A stretch of 64,000 nucleotides of DNA from a virus, in IMG/VR virus record IMGVR_UViG_3300028535_000001. The stretch is one strand, 5' to 3'. This document shows, one piece after another, positions 29,259 through 40,133 of this stretch; the stretch's first letter is position 1, and every line of letters begins with the position of its first letter. Below the pieces are notes generated by a model. The model made no database searches. It was not told the origin of the DNA and saw only the letters and a list, made by a program, of their open reading frames with translations. A program made the translations under genes and the position numbers.

Positions 29259-29566
29259 ATTTTATAAAACGTATATTTAACTGTTAATTCTTCCCACACT
29301 TTTATAGGTCGTTCAGTATATAAAAAATACTTATTATAGTCTTCAACATCTTCACGCCCTAATACACCTCTCACCTTTATACAATTTGGTTTATCACTAT
29401 GATTGATAAAACCACCTAACGGTGTTCTTATAAGTTCATCTTTAACAACTATATGTGATAATCCTAAATTAGTATCTTTCTCAATAAATTTTGTTGTAAA
29501 TATTCCTTGACCCTCTATAGAAGATTTTTGAATTATTAATCCGTCTGGTAATGGTTCATACGTCAT
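29255..29566 (-). CDS. Minimal SET-domain protein
   Basis: S.IEGQGIF, FINHSDKPNC, EELTVKY. Confidence 0.88.
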   Translation of the reverse strand: MTYEPLPDGLIIQKSSIEGQGIFTTKFIEKDTNLGLSHIVVKDELIRTPLGGFINHSDKPNCIKVRGVLGREDVEDYNKYFLYTERPIKVWEELTVKYTFYKI

Positions 29567-29826
29567 TATAGTACATCACCTTTGAAATTTATCTTACCTT
29601 CTTCTACAAAATACTCTAACAGTTGGTTATAACCACCAACTAATTGCTCGTCTATCTTCACCTGTGGCATTGATTTTACTTTTTTACCAATGTCCTTTAA
29701 CATAGCGTCAACAGACGAAAAATCTTCCATCTTTTTTTCTGTGTATTCAAGGCCAAGCTTAGTTAAAAGTTCTTTGGCCTTGGTACAAAAGTGACAATTG
29801 TTTTTACTGTATATTACTATTTTCAT
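29566..29826 (-). CDS. nrdC: Glutaredoxin
   Basis: CHFC, SMPQV, GGY. Confidence 0.88.
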   Translation of the reverse strand: MKIVIYSKNNCHFCTKAKELLTKLGLEYTEKKMEDFSSVDAMLKDIGKKVKSMPQVKIDEQLVGGYNQLLEYFVEEGKINFKGDVL

Positions 29827-30424
29827 TGGATTCTTTCATTAAGTTTTCGTAAGCTACGTCTGCTTTCATCTTAACGTTATAAGAATCTACAGCTTCTGAA
29901 ATAGTGAAATTATACATTTTATTGTATTCACCCATTGGCAATCTTAAGCCAATCCAAGCTCTGTAATATCCATTTTTAGTCATTGTGACATCTTTAGCAA
30001 AGATTTCATAACCTCTAACTGGTGTTTCTTTAATTAAGTTTACTATTGTAGACTCAACCTCTGATACAGTTGTCTTGTTATTATTCTTTCCTAGTTCAGT
30101 TATGAATTGTTTGCTAGACTTATTCATTTCGCCTTTGATAATGTCGGCTAACTCTGCTTTTGCTATCATCATACCTTTTTCTATTGCTAGATTTAAGTCT
30201 GGCGATACAGCAGTACCAACTCCAAAGATACACATTTTATCTTTTTCTTTACCAAATCTTGGCGTGGCACATGCTTTTGATTCAGAAAAATCGGCCATGT
30301 ACCATTTTGGTACTTGATTTAACACTTTGCCTTTTTCTGATTTTATTTGATAATTAGAAGAACAATTGGAAATCAATAGTCCTAATAATACAACTCCTAC
30401 GAGTTTTATCGTTTTTTTCATCAT
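29804..30424 (-). CDS. LPP20-like lipoprotein
   Basis: Lipobox ISNC, VPKWY, GVGTA.S.D, A...AKAELA. Confidence 0.7.
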   Translation of the reverse strand: MMKKTIKLVGVVLLGLLISNCSSNYQIKSEKGKVLNQVPKWYMADFSESKACATPRFGKEKDKMCIFGVGTAVSPDLNLAIEKGMMIAKAELADIIKGEMNKSSKQFITELGKNNNKTTVSEVESTIVNLIKETPVRGYEIFAKDVTMTKNGYYRAWIGLRLPMGEYNKMYNFTISEAVDSYNVKMKADVAYENLMKESNENSNIQ

Positions 30425-30450
30425 ATATTTTAATTTACCTCACTCTTAAT

Positions 30451-30479
30451 AGAATACACCATTTCGCCTAATTTGTCAA
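30451..30479 (-). promoter_or_regulatory. sigma70-like early promoter
   Basis: TTGACA-17-TATTCT. Confidence 0.65.
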
Positions 30480-30566
30480 GTCCCATTTGTACATAGTCCA
30501 AAAACTCACCAGCTGAAATTCCAGTGATTACTACGAATAAGAGAGATAAAATGATTAAGTTTTTAA

Positions 30567-31089
30567 TCATTGTTTTACCTTCCATTCACCGTCCTTATTT
30601 AAACATGTTTTTCCGAACGACTTAAAAACATGATTTTTTCTACTATACCAACGGCAATACTCTGGTGTTGCAACGTCTCTATAGTAAAACTGAGCAAACA
30701 GTTCCCAATAACTAGGACCGTCTACTTTCTTCCTACCATCAGCACATTCAAGGGTTTCTTCTTTTATTATATTATTGCCTTGTTGCTTGATAATAATTTT
30801 TACATAACAATATTGATCGGCGGCATTTTTTGGTTCAATTGTCGTGATCTTATCGTAATAAACCTTACCTTTTTCTTTTTCAACTTGTTCAATCTTCTCT
30901 AATACTTCAATAGTTTTTTCTACTGTAGATGATACTTCTGTAGATGATATTACTTTTACCTCTGATATTGGTAAAACATTGCCTGTTAAATCAGCTGTCA
31001 CTCCTTCAACATCTGATTTTGCAACATCGGTTAACATCAATATAGAAAAGGCCATAATCGTGGCCATTAAAAATTCTTTTTTATTCATT
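30567..31089 (-). CDS. Exported Cys-containing protein
   Basis: Signal peptide; QYCY, LECADG, YCR, TCL..DGEW. Confidence 0.65.
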
Positions 31090-31311
31090 TCTCTCCTTGT
31101 ACATAAAATAACCACCCATAACTATACCTGCAAGGATTATAGTTCTTAATTCTATAGGTGCTGACCAAAATATTTCAAATATTTCTATCAATTTCTATTC
31201 CAATCTAATTTTTGTACTAACGGAATCATTATATTTGGATCCGGAAATACTTTTTTGTTTATTTTGTTAACTGATATAGTTAACCAAACTAACATTGCTA
31301 TTATTACACAC

Positions 31312-31657
31312 TTAGCTAATATGTCTACTTGTTTCGTCATTTGCTCCTAACTTTGTTAATGTATCATTAATTTCATAAAGTTCGTCATTTAAAGTATTTG
31401 TTTCACCTGAAAATTCCATTTCGTCCTTTATTTCATCTTTTCTTTTTTTAAGATTTTGTACTGTTGTATTATTCGCCATAATTTCCTTTATCACTTGCTA
31501 CAAGTTTACATTGTGATTGTATATCTACTATCATATTGTCAACTTCAGCGTCACGCTCTGGTGACTTTGTTTTATTATATTTTGTTTCATATAATCTATC
31601 ACTAATGACTTTTATACCATTAATCTTTTTGCATAGTTCACTTACTTTATGTATCAT
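31312..31657 (-). other. Two small hypothetical ORFs
   Basis: ORFs 31312-31479 and 31469-31657 with RBS. Confidence 0.55.
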
Positions 31658-32133
31658 TGTTTTAACTCCACCCAACGTCCATCTGGTAATTGACAAGCAG
31701 TACCAAATATAACTTCTCTATTAACACCGCCTATACCAATTAATGGCCATCTATTTGTTATATCCACTGTAGCGTCATATTCTTTACACTTAAACGGTCC
31801 TTCCATATAAGATCGTGTAATTTTAATTATGCCTGAATTTCCTGTTTTACTATTATACCAATTAGTATATGAAGAACCATTAATACCATTGTTTAAATGA
31901 TCTACGAATACAGCATTGTGTACATCGTAGTCTGAATTATACATAATTTCTGCACCGGCAAATGCACCAACTAAAGTACAACCAGCGACAACATAGGGAT
32001 CACTTACTCCCATTTCAAGACATGCACCAGTGGTTGTTGTAGCACCTAAAACTGCTCCTACTTGTGATCTATTTGTAGAAGCACAATTTGTAAGTGCTAA
32101 ACCGATTAATAATATTAGTATATTTCTAATCAT
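31654..32133 (-). CDS. 17-kDa surface-antigen-like glycine-zipper lipoprotein
   Basis: Lipobox LTNC, glycine zipper, W.N..TGNSG, C.EY, GTACQ.PDG.W. Confidence 0.8.
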   Translation of the reverse strand: MIRNILILLIGLALTNCASTNRSQVGAVLGATTTTGACLEMGVSDPYVVAGCTLVGAFAGAEIMYNSDYDVHNAVFVDHLNNGINGSSYTNWYNSKTGNSGIIKITRSYMEGPFKCKEYDATVDITNRWPLIGIGGVNREVIFGTACQLPDGRWVELKQ

Positions 32134-32387
32134 TACTGTTTTATATTAAACAATCCTTTTATTTGGTCTATTGTTTTAGCTAATTGAATTTTACCCTTAG
32201 CCCAATTTTCTTTTTGGAACTTTTTAGTTTTTTCAATTTCCATAGACAAGTGATTACCAATCTTCATTGGAACCTCTGAAACTGACTTACCAAATTCTTT
32301 TAGTGTCACTTTAGTGTTCTCATCACTTTTTGCCATAGTTGCTGTCATTAAACCAATTATGGTCATTAACATCATCATTGTTCTCAT
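32133..32387 (-). CDS. Exported hypothetical protein
   Basis: Signal peptide MRTMMM...AKS. Confidence 0.6.
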   Translation of the reverse strand: MRTMMMLMTIIGLMTATMAKSDENTKVTLKEFGKSVSEVPMKIGNHLSMEIEKTKKFQKENWAKGKIQLAKTIDQIKGLFNIKQ

Positions 32388-32558
32388 CTTTCCTCTTTCT
32401 TTGGTTATTATATTTGTTCTCATATAATTAGTTAAACACTTTTATTAAAATTATGGTTTGCATAATTAACAACACAATTGGAAGTATAGTTCTAATTAAT
32501 TCCATTATGTGATTATACTCATCTAATTTTCTTTCTAATTTATTTCTTTTCTTTTTCA

Positions 32559-32945
32559 TTAATACCAATCCCTTTGAATTTTTTCTGTTTTCTTCGTAGT
32601 TGTCAATCCTGATTTAGATTCTCCAAGGTCTGTAGCTTCATGTTCTCTTTTTTCTTGTCCCATTTTTTCTGCATAAGTCATTCCAAATACTGTCTTATAA
32701 AAATGGTCTCTAGGATTTGTTGATCTATAAGCTATCTCTAAATTATCAAAGTTAATATTAACATGTTCATAATAATGTGGTTTGTCTATTTTTAGTTCTT
32801 TATGATCTACACAAAATTTAATTCTATTTGTGAAATAATCGTTTTCTTTGGCGTCTTGGTCTTTTAATTTGGACAAAGCAATGTCTTTTTTCTTTGCCTC
32901 TGCAAATTCTTTGTATAAATTATCTTTATCGTATCTAAAACTCAT
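32559..32945 (-). CDS. Hypothetical early protein
   Basis: Behind the promoter at 32979-33007. Confidence 0.65.
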   Translation of the reverse strand: MSFRYDKDNLYKEFAEAKKKDIALSKLKDQDAKENDYFTNRIKFCVDHKELKIDKPHYYEHVNINFDNLEIAYRSTNPRDHFYKTVFGMTYAEKMGQEKREHEATDLGESKSGLTTTKKTEKIQRDWY

Positions 32946-32978
32946 AGTAATCCTTCCGTTATATTGTTTATTCTCATT

Positions 32979-33007
32979 AGGCTATCAGGAACCCTTGTAA
33001 ATGGCAA
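32979..33007 (-). promoter_or_regulatory. sigma70-like early promoter
   Basis: TTGCCA-17-TAGCCT with extended TG. Confidence 0.55.
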
Positions 33008-33095
33008 CCCTACAAGAAACACTGTATTTACTTGTTTTTTCACTCCTGGAAAGCGCCAGGACACGCCAGGAACGCTTTTTCTCGCTGTCTGCATA

Positions 33096-33320
33096 CTAGA
33101 GTACCCCCTCTCCAAAAGGTAATACTAGCTGTTTCGCAACTTGTGGTTGCACTTTATCTAGTCTATTTCCAAGATTTTTAAGTCTTGCCGGTAACACTTT
33201 AGTTATATTACAATAGGTACAACATACATCTTTTCCAAGTGGTGTTGGATTATGGTAATCCATACCATTATCAATTTCTATTTCGCATATACAACACTTC
33301 ATTTGTTTTTTCGCTTTCAT
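33096..33320 (-). CDS. Zinc-finger hypothetical protein
   Basis: CCIC...HNP.PL....CC..CN...VLPAR. Confidence 0.7.
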   Translation of the reverse strand: MKAKKQMKCCICEIEIDNGMDYHNPTPLGKDVCCTYCNITKVLPARLKNLGNRLDKVQPQVAKQLVLPFGEGVL

Positions 33321-33332
33321 ATTTTACTCCTA

Positions 33333-33524
33333 TTAAAAATCAGTTAGTTCGCCATCAACATTTTGTCTAATATATTCTTCAACTGCCTCAATGTCTTTTT
33401 GATATTCGCCTATCTTCTCATCAATCAGCTTATGTGTTGGTTTAAATACTATATTCTCTGGTAGACTCTTCTTAATCTCTTTTAGGTCTGCAAGTGGTCT
33501 ATCTAAATCGTGACTTGTTGCCAT
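33333..33524 (-). CDS. Hypothetical protein (start revised to MATSHDL)
   Basis: AAGGAG RBS upstream of 33524. Confidence 0.55.
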   Translation of the reverse strand: MATSHDLDRPLADLKEIKKSLPENIVFKPTHKLIDEKIGEYQKDIEAVEEYIRQNVDGELTDF

Positions 33525-33525
33525 A

Positions 33526-33897
33526 TTATTCTCCTTCTTGTGGTTCATATGAAACAGTATTAATCTGAGTCTCCGGATAGCGGCCGGATAATTCACGCTT
33601 ATGGCGAGACTCGCCGTCCTCAAATGGTGTTGTTGCGTCTTCACTACTCATTAATAATATTACATAATGTATAGCTTTTAATAAATCTTTTCTATTTCTA
33701 CCATTTTTCTTACCAAATCTAGCAAGATATTTAATTGCATTGGCTTGGCAAAAATCTTTATCAATACCTACTGATCTTAACAAATCTTGTACCTGAAAAC
33801 CTTCGTCACCTGTAGCGTTAGATACATAATGTTGACCATATGTTGATTTAATGTAATCTGTTATTTCTTTTATAATTTTATCTTCGTTATATTTCAT
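33526..33897 (-). CDS. DUF3310/SaV-like protein (start revised to MKYNEDK)
   Basis: STYGQHY, FCQANAIKYLARFGKK, DLLKAIHY. Confidence 0.8.
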   Translation of the reverse strand: MKYNEDKIIKEITDYIKSTYGQHYVSNATGDEGFQVQDLLRSVGIDKDFCQANAIKYLARFGKKNGRNRKDLLKAIHYVILLMSSEDATTPFEDGESRHKRELSGRYPETQINTVSYEPQEGE

Positions 33898-33908
33898 ATC
33901 CTCTTTCT

Positions 33909-35585
33909 TTACCATTGCCAAATATTCGCTGTCAATATTAAAATTAACATCGCTGGCACAACTATTGTCATTGGCCAAAACTCTAAAAATTGTAGCCAAA
34001 GTGGTGGTTGTTTATTTTGTTTTTTTATATCTCTTTTAATTTCCATAATTAGATTATGAAGTGGTTCGCCTTTTTGAAAATTAGGAAAATCCAAATCACT
34101 CAATAGTTTCACTTGATTATATGCCTCTAATACAGTTGTCTTTTTTAGTTCAACGTTTACAGTTTTCACTATTTACCTAACTGACTTTCTGCTTCTAAAT
34201 TATTTGAAACATCAACATCAGATTCTTCTTTAGTTCCATAAACAACTTTTTCTAAATCGCCTAATGGATCCATTTCTTTTTCTTTTTCAACAACTTCGCC
34301 CTTGTCATTAATGACATCGGTTTCTAAAGCATATGTGTCTAGTTCAACATCGCCATTTTCTTTGGCATTTTCTAAACCATCATAATCGTCATAAACTACT
34401 TTAGCAACATATTCAGTATCACCTGATTCTGTATAGTTGGCGTCTACCATATGTGTTTCAACACCGCCTTTTTCTTCTGCTAAGTCTTTACCTATGTTTG
34501 AATAGTTAATACCTGCGTCTGAAAGCAATGTATCTGCCTCATCTTGGTTTTTCGCTAATACATCTTGCTCTATGCATAATGTATAGTAAGTTTTTTTTCT
34601 GTATAGGTTTTTACCTATATCGTCTTGACCAATATATTGGTCTGTTATATCATGTTTACTCATTATTGTACCTTTCTCCACGCATATTTTGTATTTTTGA
34701 TCTTACTTTTAGTAAGTTTAGGATTATAATCCTTTCTTAATGATTGTCTGGCATATGCTTGACCATAATCATTAAATAAATCTTTATTACCTCTAGCTGT
34801 TTCACCAAATACATCTTCATATGTTTGGTAATATTTCTTTTGACTAATCAACTGTACTTTAGTTGTTTTAGCAAAATTAGAAGCTGTTTCTTTATAATTC
34901 CAATCTAAAAATTTAACAATCTTTAATTTCATATTATCATTAAAGTATTTCTTAAACTTATTAGGTACATTTCTATATACAGTTTCATATGCATAGAAAT
35001 AATCACCTTCTTGTTCTGAATCCATATATTCTCTTAAATAACATACGTTAAAAGTTGTACCGTTAACAACATCACTTAAAGATTTCCCTTCAACAAATAT
35101 AGCTGGATCGCTATTAACAAATTTATCTGGTTTAGTATTCAATTTTAGTACCTCCGTTTTTAGTGTAATCTGCAATTACTTTTCCTGAAATTGCGTCAAC
35201 ATAACAAAATATGTTAGTGTCATTTTTAAAATCATCTATAACTTCATCAATATTGTATTCATCAATACCGATTAAATTGATATTTCCTGCATTTAATATT
35301 AAATTTTTTGCAACTGTTGAATTGTAAACACCAGCTTTGAATTTTGCAAGTATTTTATCTACATTGCTTTCTGCTGTGTCTGTAGCCCATTGTTTTACTT
35401 TACTCATTAGTGTATCCTTTGTTATTATTGGTTAATCCTATCATACTATTTGACGTTTGGCAACTAGTTTTTTTAAGTGGGCTTTCGTTCCTTTCGTTGT
35501 TTTTACTCTGAAAACCACATAAAGGGAAAACTAAAACATTTCTAGAAAGCCCAAAGTTTCCGGTCGCCTTTATTGTGAAATTCAT
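33909..35585 (-). other. Cluster of early hypothetical genes (33909-34169, 34169-34663, 34663-about 35140, 35132-35407, 35400-35585)
   Basis: Coupled ORFs behind tandem early promoters. Confidence 0.6.
35435..35463 (-). promoter_or_regulatory. sigma70-like early promoter
   Basis: TTGCCA-17-TAGGAT with extended TG. Confidence 0.6.
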
Positions 35586-35591
35586 ACTACT

Positions 35592-35619
35592 ATCCTATCA
35601 GTCCTGGCGAGAAAGTCAA
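35592..35619 (-). promoter_or_regulatory. sigma70-like early promoter
   Basis: TTGACT-16-TAGGAT with extended TG and A-rich upstream. Confidence 0.6.
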
Positions 35620-35673
35620 GCACTTTTTTTACTTTTTTTACTAGTATTTACTTGTGTTTGTTCTGGTTTTGTT

Positions 35674-36342
35674 CTATTTCCAGTTGTCTTCAACCCATTT
35701 CTGCTTTGATTCGTGTGGGTTAGGTTTACCATGAAAGACAGCCACTTTTGTGTTTGACTTTCTTTCAAATGTCCACTCTGATTGGTGTATTCTTGGTTTC
35801 TCTCTATCGTACCACTTGTATGAGAAAGTCCAATCGTCTGGCATAATCTTTAGATGTGGTGATTCATGCATAATTAAGCTAATCACCTGTTGATCGCCTT
35901 GGTTTCTACTCATACTGGTTTCATCGTTCTTAAATGATTTCCATATATGTTCAGCTGTGATATTATTGAATTTCATTATACTTGAATTGAAAGATTTACT
36001 ATTAGGATTAAAATCGTTTATGATACCAAAGGTGTCTTCTTTACCAAACAATGCCATATCGTCTATGTTATCTAATATCACTACATCTAAATCAAAGTAT
36101 AAACAAGTACCTTGTAGGTCGGCCTCATGGCTAAAGAGAGTTAATTTATTCCACCAACCATCATATTGGTTAAATGGTAATTTTCTTGTCTCTATATCGT
36201 CAATTATTTTTAGTGAAGGGTGGTTCGTATAACAAATAAACTTAAATGGCATAGAAAGGTTCCTTTTTACCATACTGTATAGTTTATTTACATAGTCTAT
36301 ACTATACTTGTTTCCCCAATATACACATACTATATTAACCAT
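35674..36342 (-). CDS. Glycosyltransferase (GT-A-like)
   Basis: IVCVYWG.KY..YVN.L..M, GWWNKL.LF, YFDLD, NSS, GDQ, FHG.PNP. Confidence 0.8.
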   Translation of the reverse strand: MVNIVCVYWGNKYSIDYVNKLYSMVKRNLSMPFKFICYTNHPSLKIIDDIETRKLPFNQYDGWWNKLTLFSHEADLQGTCLYFDLDVVILDNIDDMALFGKEDTFGIINDFNPNSKSFNSSIMKFNNITAEHIWKSFKNDETSMSRNQGDQQVISLIMHESPHLKIMPDDWTFSYKWYDREKPRIHQSEWTFERKSNTKVAVFHGKPNPHESKQKWVEDNWK

Positions 36343-36952
36343 CTAACAAGTATCTCACACATATTGGAAAATGGTCTTTCATATGTTTTGATATATGATG
36401 TGTTATCACTCTTGTTTCCACTTGAGCATTTTCTTTATTTCTTAAATTACATACCCTAGCAAATGCATATAAACTACCTGACCATATCCACTCGGTCATC
36501 ATACATTGAGGTAATATCATACGTGCCATTTCAGGTGCTATATCGTCTGCTAACATATCATTATACATTTCTTCAGCGTCATTTATTATTTTAGTTATGT
36601 CATAAGGTACTTCTTCATCACTTGAACCTTGTTTAATATTCTTATCAGGACGTTTTCTCCACATAAATGGAATATAAAAATGTGGTTTATCATCTACATA
36701 TCTTCTACTGACTTCGTTCCAAGCCAAACCAACTTGATGTTTAACTAATTGTCTTGCAACAAATATTGGTGCCTTAATTCTAAATGACATTGTAGCGTGA
36801 GCAAATGGTGACCAATGATTGTGTTCTGCCAAATACTTGATTAACTTCTCATCTTTTTCATCAAGTATATCTTTTGTTTTTGCAAAAGAAACTCTAGCAG
36901 CATTCACTACTGATAGGTCACTACCCATTTTATCTATAAGTTCAACGTTCAT
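36335..36952 (-). CDS. thyX: Flavin-dependent thymidylate synthase
   Basis: VVNAARVS, HWSPF, ARQL.KH, NEVSRRY, E.AR..LP, AQ.E. Confidence 0.95.
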   Translation of the reverse strand: MNVELIDKMGSDLSVVNAARVSFAKTKDILDEKDEKLIKYLAEHNHWSPFAHATMSFRIKAPIFVARQLVKHQVGLAWNEVSRRYVDDKPHFYIPFMWRKRPDKNIKQGSSDEEVPYDITKIINDAEEMYNDMLADDIAPEMARMILPQCMMTEWIWSGSLYAFARVCNLRNKENAQVETRVITHHISKHMKDHFPICVRYLLDG

Positions 36953-37715
36953 CTTTAAATTTTTTATATCTCTTTAAAAACTCCTCTGCTAATTTCTCTT
37001 GACCTATTTTGTTAGGGTGTTTATCTAAATCAGATATTTTATGTTTAATATCTAAACAATAACGCAATGTCCATGATTTTTCTTGGTCATAATACTTGTT
37101 AGTAATTACATCACCAGGCCAACCTAGAAAGTTCTTATTCATTCTATTATAATAACCTGTTGATTGTATTAAAGCTTTAAAGTAATCTGCTTTTGCATTT
37201 AAAATTTTACTTCTAAAAGAAAAAAAATTATTTTTTTTTGGATACACCTTGTGATATTGCTCGTGAAATTTTTTGTTTATGTGTGATCTCCATAAGGAGA
37301 TCATTTGAAATTGTACATACGGTACATTAAGATGTCTACATAAATTTTGATATGCAAATTGTAATCTTATAGATTTTAAAACATGATAATCAAGATCACC
37401 TTTTATGTCAAACCAATCATTTCTCCATACCTGTTTCTTGTGAATGGTTTCTGACCAATCACGTCTATGACCTTGTGACCAGGCAGCCACTACTAAACCT
37501 ACTCTTGTACTAAAATTAGTTAAGTAATCTGATATACTACTATAAATTTTTTCATTACCTGCACCTGAAGCTGACAAGTTAACTAAATCCATATTCAATT
37601 CCTTAGCAACTAGTTCTGGCCATTTAGGCCAATTACATTCCAATTCAGGATGAAAAGTAGAAATTAAATCATTAGCTGACCAACTACAACCACTTACTAA
37701 CATTATATTTTTCAT
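36942..37715 (-). CDS. SGNH-like hydrolase/acyltransferase
   Basis: SGCSW, NLS.SGAGN, D.HPN..G. Confidence 0.6.
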   Translation of the reverse strand: MKNIMLVSGCSWSANDLISTFHPELECNWPKWPELVAKELNMDLVNLSASGAGNEKIYSSISDYLTNFSTRVGLVVAAWSQGHRRDWSETIHKKQVWRNDWFDIKGDLDYHVLKSIRLQFAYQNLCRHLNVPYVQFQMISLWRSHINKKFHEQYHKVYPKKNNFFSFRSKILNAKADYFKALIQSTGYYNRMNKNFLGWPGDVITNKYYDQEKSWTLRYCLDIKHKISDLDKHPNKIGQEKLAEEFLKRYKKFKDER

Positions 37716-38542
37716 ATTGTAAATACCTTATTTGGTTGTTTAGATAAAACTTTATAGGCAGTTCCATTTTTCATTTCTTCTATTGTAAATTGGTTGTTTG
37801 CCAATAATTTCATCCACTCATTTACATTATCTTTTGTAGGTTTTAATGGATCATTTATAAATTGAATAAATCTTGTAGATACTGGCCATGCAACGTTTCT
37901 ACCATCACACACAACAGGCACACCTTCTAATATTGAGTCAATAGCTGATAAACTCATATTGGTAATTAAACAATGGCAATCATCTAAATCTTCTTTTATA
38001 TCTTTACCCCACCATTCATTGTTTGGTCTAGGTTTATATCTAATTCTTATATCTCTATTTGTTAATTTTTTTATTTGTGAAATTGCTCTATCTACCCAAT
38101 CTCCTTGAGTCAGATTATTATGTTTATAAGTTACCGTTTCAGAGGAAGGACATATTAGTATATGATCTCCTTCACCACCTTTCCAATTTTCAAATTTAGA
38201 TGGTAGACCTTTTTTTGCTAATTCTTTTAATCTAACATCACCACCTTTTTTTGATCCTTCTAATGTGTGTATCTTACCTTTTACAATTCTAAAGTAAGTT
38301 TTATCGTAATCGTGTATTTTAGGGATAGGGTATCTTGTAATTGGTTGAGTTAAATAACCAACATCAACATAGTACCATTCTTGTCCATGTTTTTCTAGTT
38401 GTTCAATCTTTGATACGTTATCACCACCTAAACCCCAAAAAAAATGTTGGTCTAAACTTGTTTTTGGCCAGCCCTTTTCCAAGGCAGGCCAAATTTCGTG
38501 GGATAAACAATCAATTTTATCCATTCTATGTGTAAAAATCAT
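37712..38542 (-). CDS. Capsule-biosynthesis-like glycosyltransferase
   Basis: YYVDVGY, ILICPSS, IRYKP, MSLSAIDSILEGVP, LA.NQFT..E. Confidence 0.65.
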   Translation of the reverse strand: MIFTHRMDKIDCLSHEIWPALEKGWPKTSLDQHFFWGLGGDNVSKIEQLEKHGQEWYYVDVGYLTQPITRYPIPKIHDYDKTYFRIVKGKIHTLEGSKKGGDVRLKELAKKGLPSKFENWKGGEGDHILICPSSETVTYKHNNLTQGDWVDRAISQIKKLTNRDIRIRYKPRPNNEWWGKDIKEDLDDCHCLITNMSLSAIDSILEGVPVVCDGRNVAWPVSTRFIQFINDPLKPTKDNVNEWMKLLANNQFTIEEMKNGTAYKVLSKQPNKVFTI

Positions 38543-39447
38543 AATAACCTTTTGTGTACCTCGCCACTATTTATCTCACTCATTTTCCATTGTGTATAGG
38601 CCATGTCATATAACCATTGTGTTCTATCTTTCTCTGGCATTACTGTTTCCTCTAACACATCTATATTATGAAAAGACACTGGCCAAGCATGTGATGTTTT
38701 TGATAATGTGATAGTAGGTATACCAGCACAAACTGTTTCTACTAATGCATTACTTGAATATGATATTGCAACTCTAGCATGATCTAGGTCTTTATATAAG
38801 TCTTTACTACTAGATTTATTAAAATCATCACCAACATGTTTACTAAAAATTATATTGTTTCTTACTTTTAAATTTAATAAAGATCGTAAGTTATATCTTA
38901 AAGGAAATCTAGGGTGTAATCTAACCATAATGTCTTCAGCAGTATATTTTGAAATTTTTATTATAATATCTTTTACCCAATTATCATAGTCACTATTTCT
39001 ACTTACTAGATCATTTAAACTGGTGTCTACAGGATTTTGTAATAGTAATAAAATATAATCACCATTTTTCTTCCATGGTTTTATCTCAATGTTTTGTTCT
39101 TTCTGTATCTTCAACCATCTACCTGGTTTACAGTTTTTATTATTAAAATTACCTTTATTGTAAGTATAACAATCTCTACCTACTCTATAATAATAATCTG
39201 GTTTATCTATATTTAAATTCTGTCTAAAGGTTGCTTGTTCTACAACTAATATAGGTTTCTTTTGGTCTAAAATATATCTGTACATATCAGAGTTTATTAT
39301 CTTCATTCTACCTAATATATTTGATTGAATATATGCGTCTGCTTTATGTTTATCTCTATCTTTATATTCTATAAGTTTAAAATCTTCATGTGTAGGGAAA
39401 ACAAAACCAGCCTTGGTGTTAAATGCACCTTTGATACCTATAATCAT
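38539..39447 (-). CDS. Capsule-biosynthesis-like (KpsC/KpsS-type) glycosyltransferase
   Basis: LLLQNP.D, VRLHP, SSNA.VE....GIP, R.QWL...AYTQW...E. Confidence 0.65.
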   Translation of the reverse strand: MIIGIKGAFNTKAGFVFPTHEDFKLIEYKDRDKHKADAYIQSNILGRMKIINSDMYRYILDQKKPILVVEQATFRQNLNIDKPDYYYRVGRDCYTYNKGNFNNKNCKPGRWLKIQKEQNIEIKPWKKNGDYILLLLQNPVDTSLNDLVSRNSDYDNWVKDIIIKISKYTAEDIMVRLHPRFPLRYNLRSLLNLKVRNNIIFSKHVGDDFNKSSSKDLYKDLDHARVAISYSSNALVETVCAGIPTITLSKTSHAWPVSFHNIDVLEETVMPEKDRTQWLYDMAYTQWKMSEINSGEVHKRLL

Positions 39448-40133
39448 AATCTAACCTTTGTTGTTATATCATATAAATGAAACCATTCATCTGCATAATC
39501 TTGATTCTCATAATCTTTATACCAAGGACCACCTAATGTCCAATGGACATTTTTTGCGTCTGGATTATAATTATATTCATTTACTAACCAGTTCCACTCT
39601 AAAGGTATATCACCTATCATATGTTCTCTTTCTAACCATTTAAATTGGTGTAAGTCTAAACCACTTGCCTTGTTAACATATTCAGGTGTTAGTGCTGTAC
39701 ATTGTGAATTGTGAAATAACATTACACTAGACCAGTTCTTTTTAGGAAACGTTAGATTTTTTGCAGCTCTAAATTTTACATCTTGTTTAGGTATATAATC
39801 ATGTTTACAACACATAACAGAATATTTGTATGTAGCATGACCATATAAATCGTAAATATCTGATCTAAACATCATATCACAATCCATATAAACTGACCAG
39901 CCCTTATATTTTGATAGATAAGGTACTAAAAATCTGCTAAATGCAAAGTCTGTTGATTGATTGGATTCTTTTGCTCTTTTAAATTCTCGTAAATTATTTA
40001 AACTTAATGGAGTTATACTTACAGGTCCACTAGCATGTGATCTAATACTTTCAGATAGTATGTGGTATGCTACTGGCTCACCATAATCATATCCTATAAA
40101 AACATTACAAGGAGTTGGTACAATATTAATCAT
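39444..40133 (-). CDS. Glycosyltransferase (GT8-like)
   Basis: VFIGYD, STDFAFSRFLVP, YMDCDM, KNWSSVML, WNWL, H.T.GGPW. Confidence 0.85.
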   Translation of the reverse strand: MINIVPTPCNVFIGYDYGEPVAYHILSESIRSHASGPVSITPLSLNNLREFKRAKESNQSTDFAFSRFLVPYLSKYKGWSVYMDCDMMFRSDIYDLYGHATYKYSVMCCKHDYIPKQDVKFRAAKNLTFPKKNWSSVMLFHNSQCTALTPEYVNKASGLDLHQFKWLEREHMIGDIPLEWNWLVNEYNYNPDAKNVHWTLGGPWYKDYENQDYADEWFHLYDITTKVRL

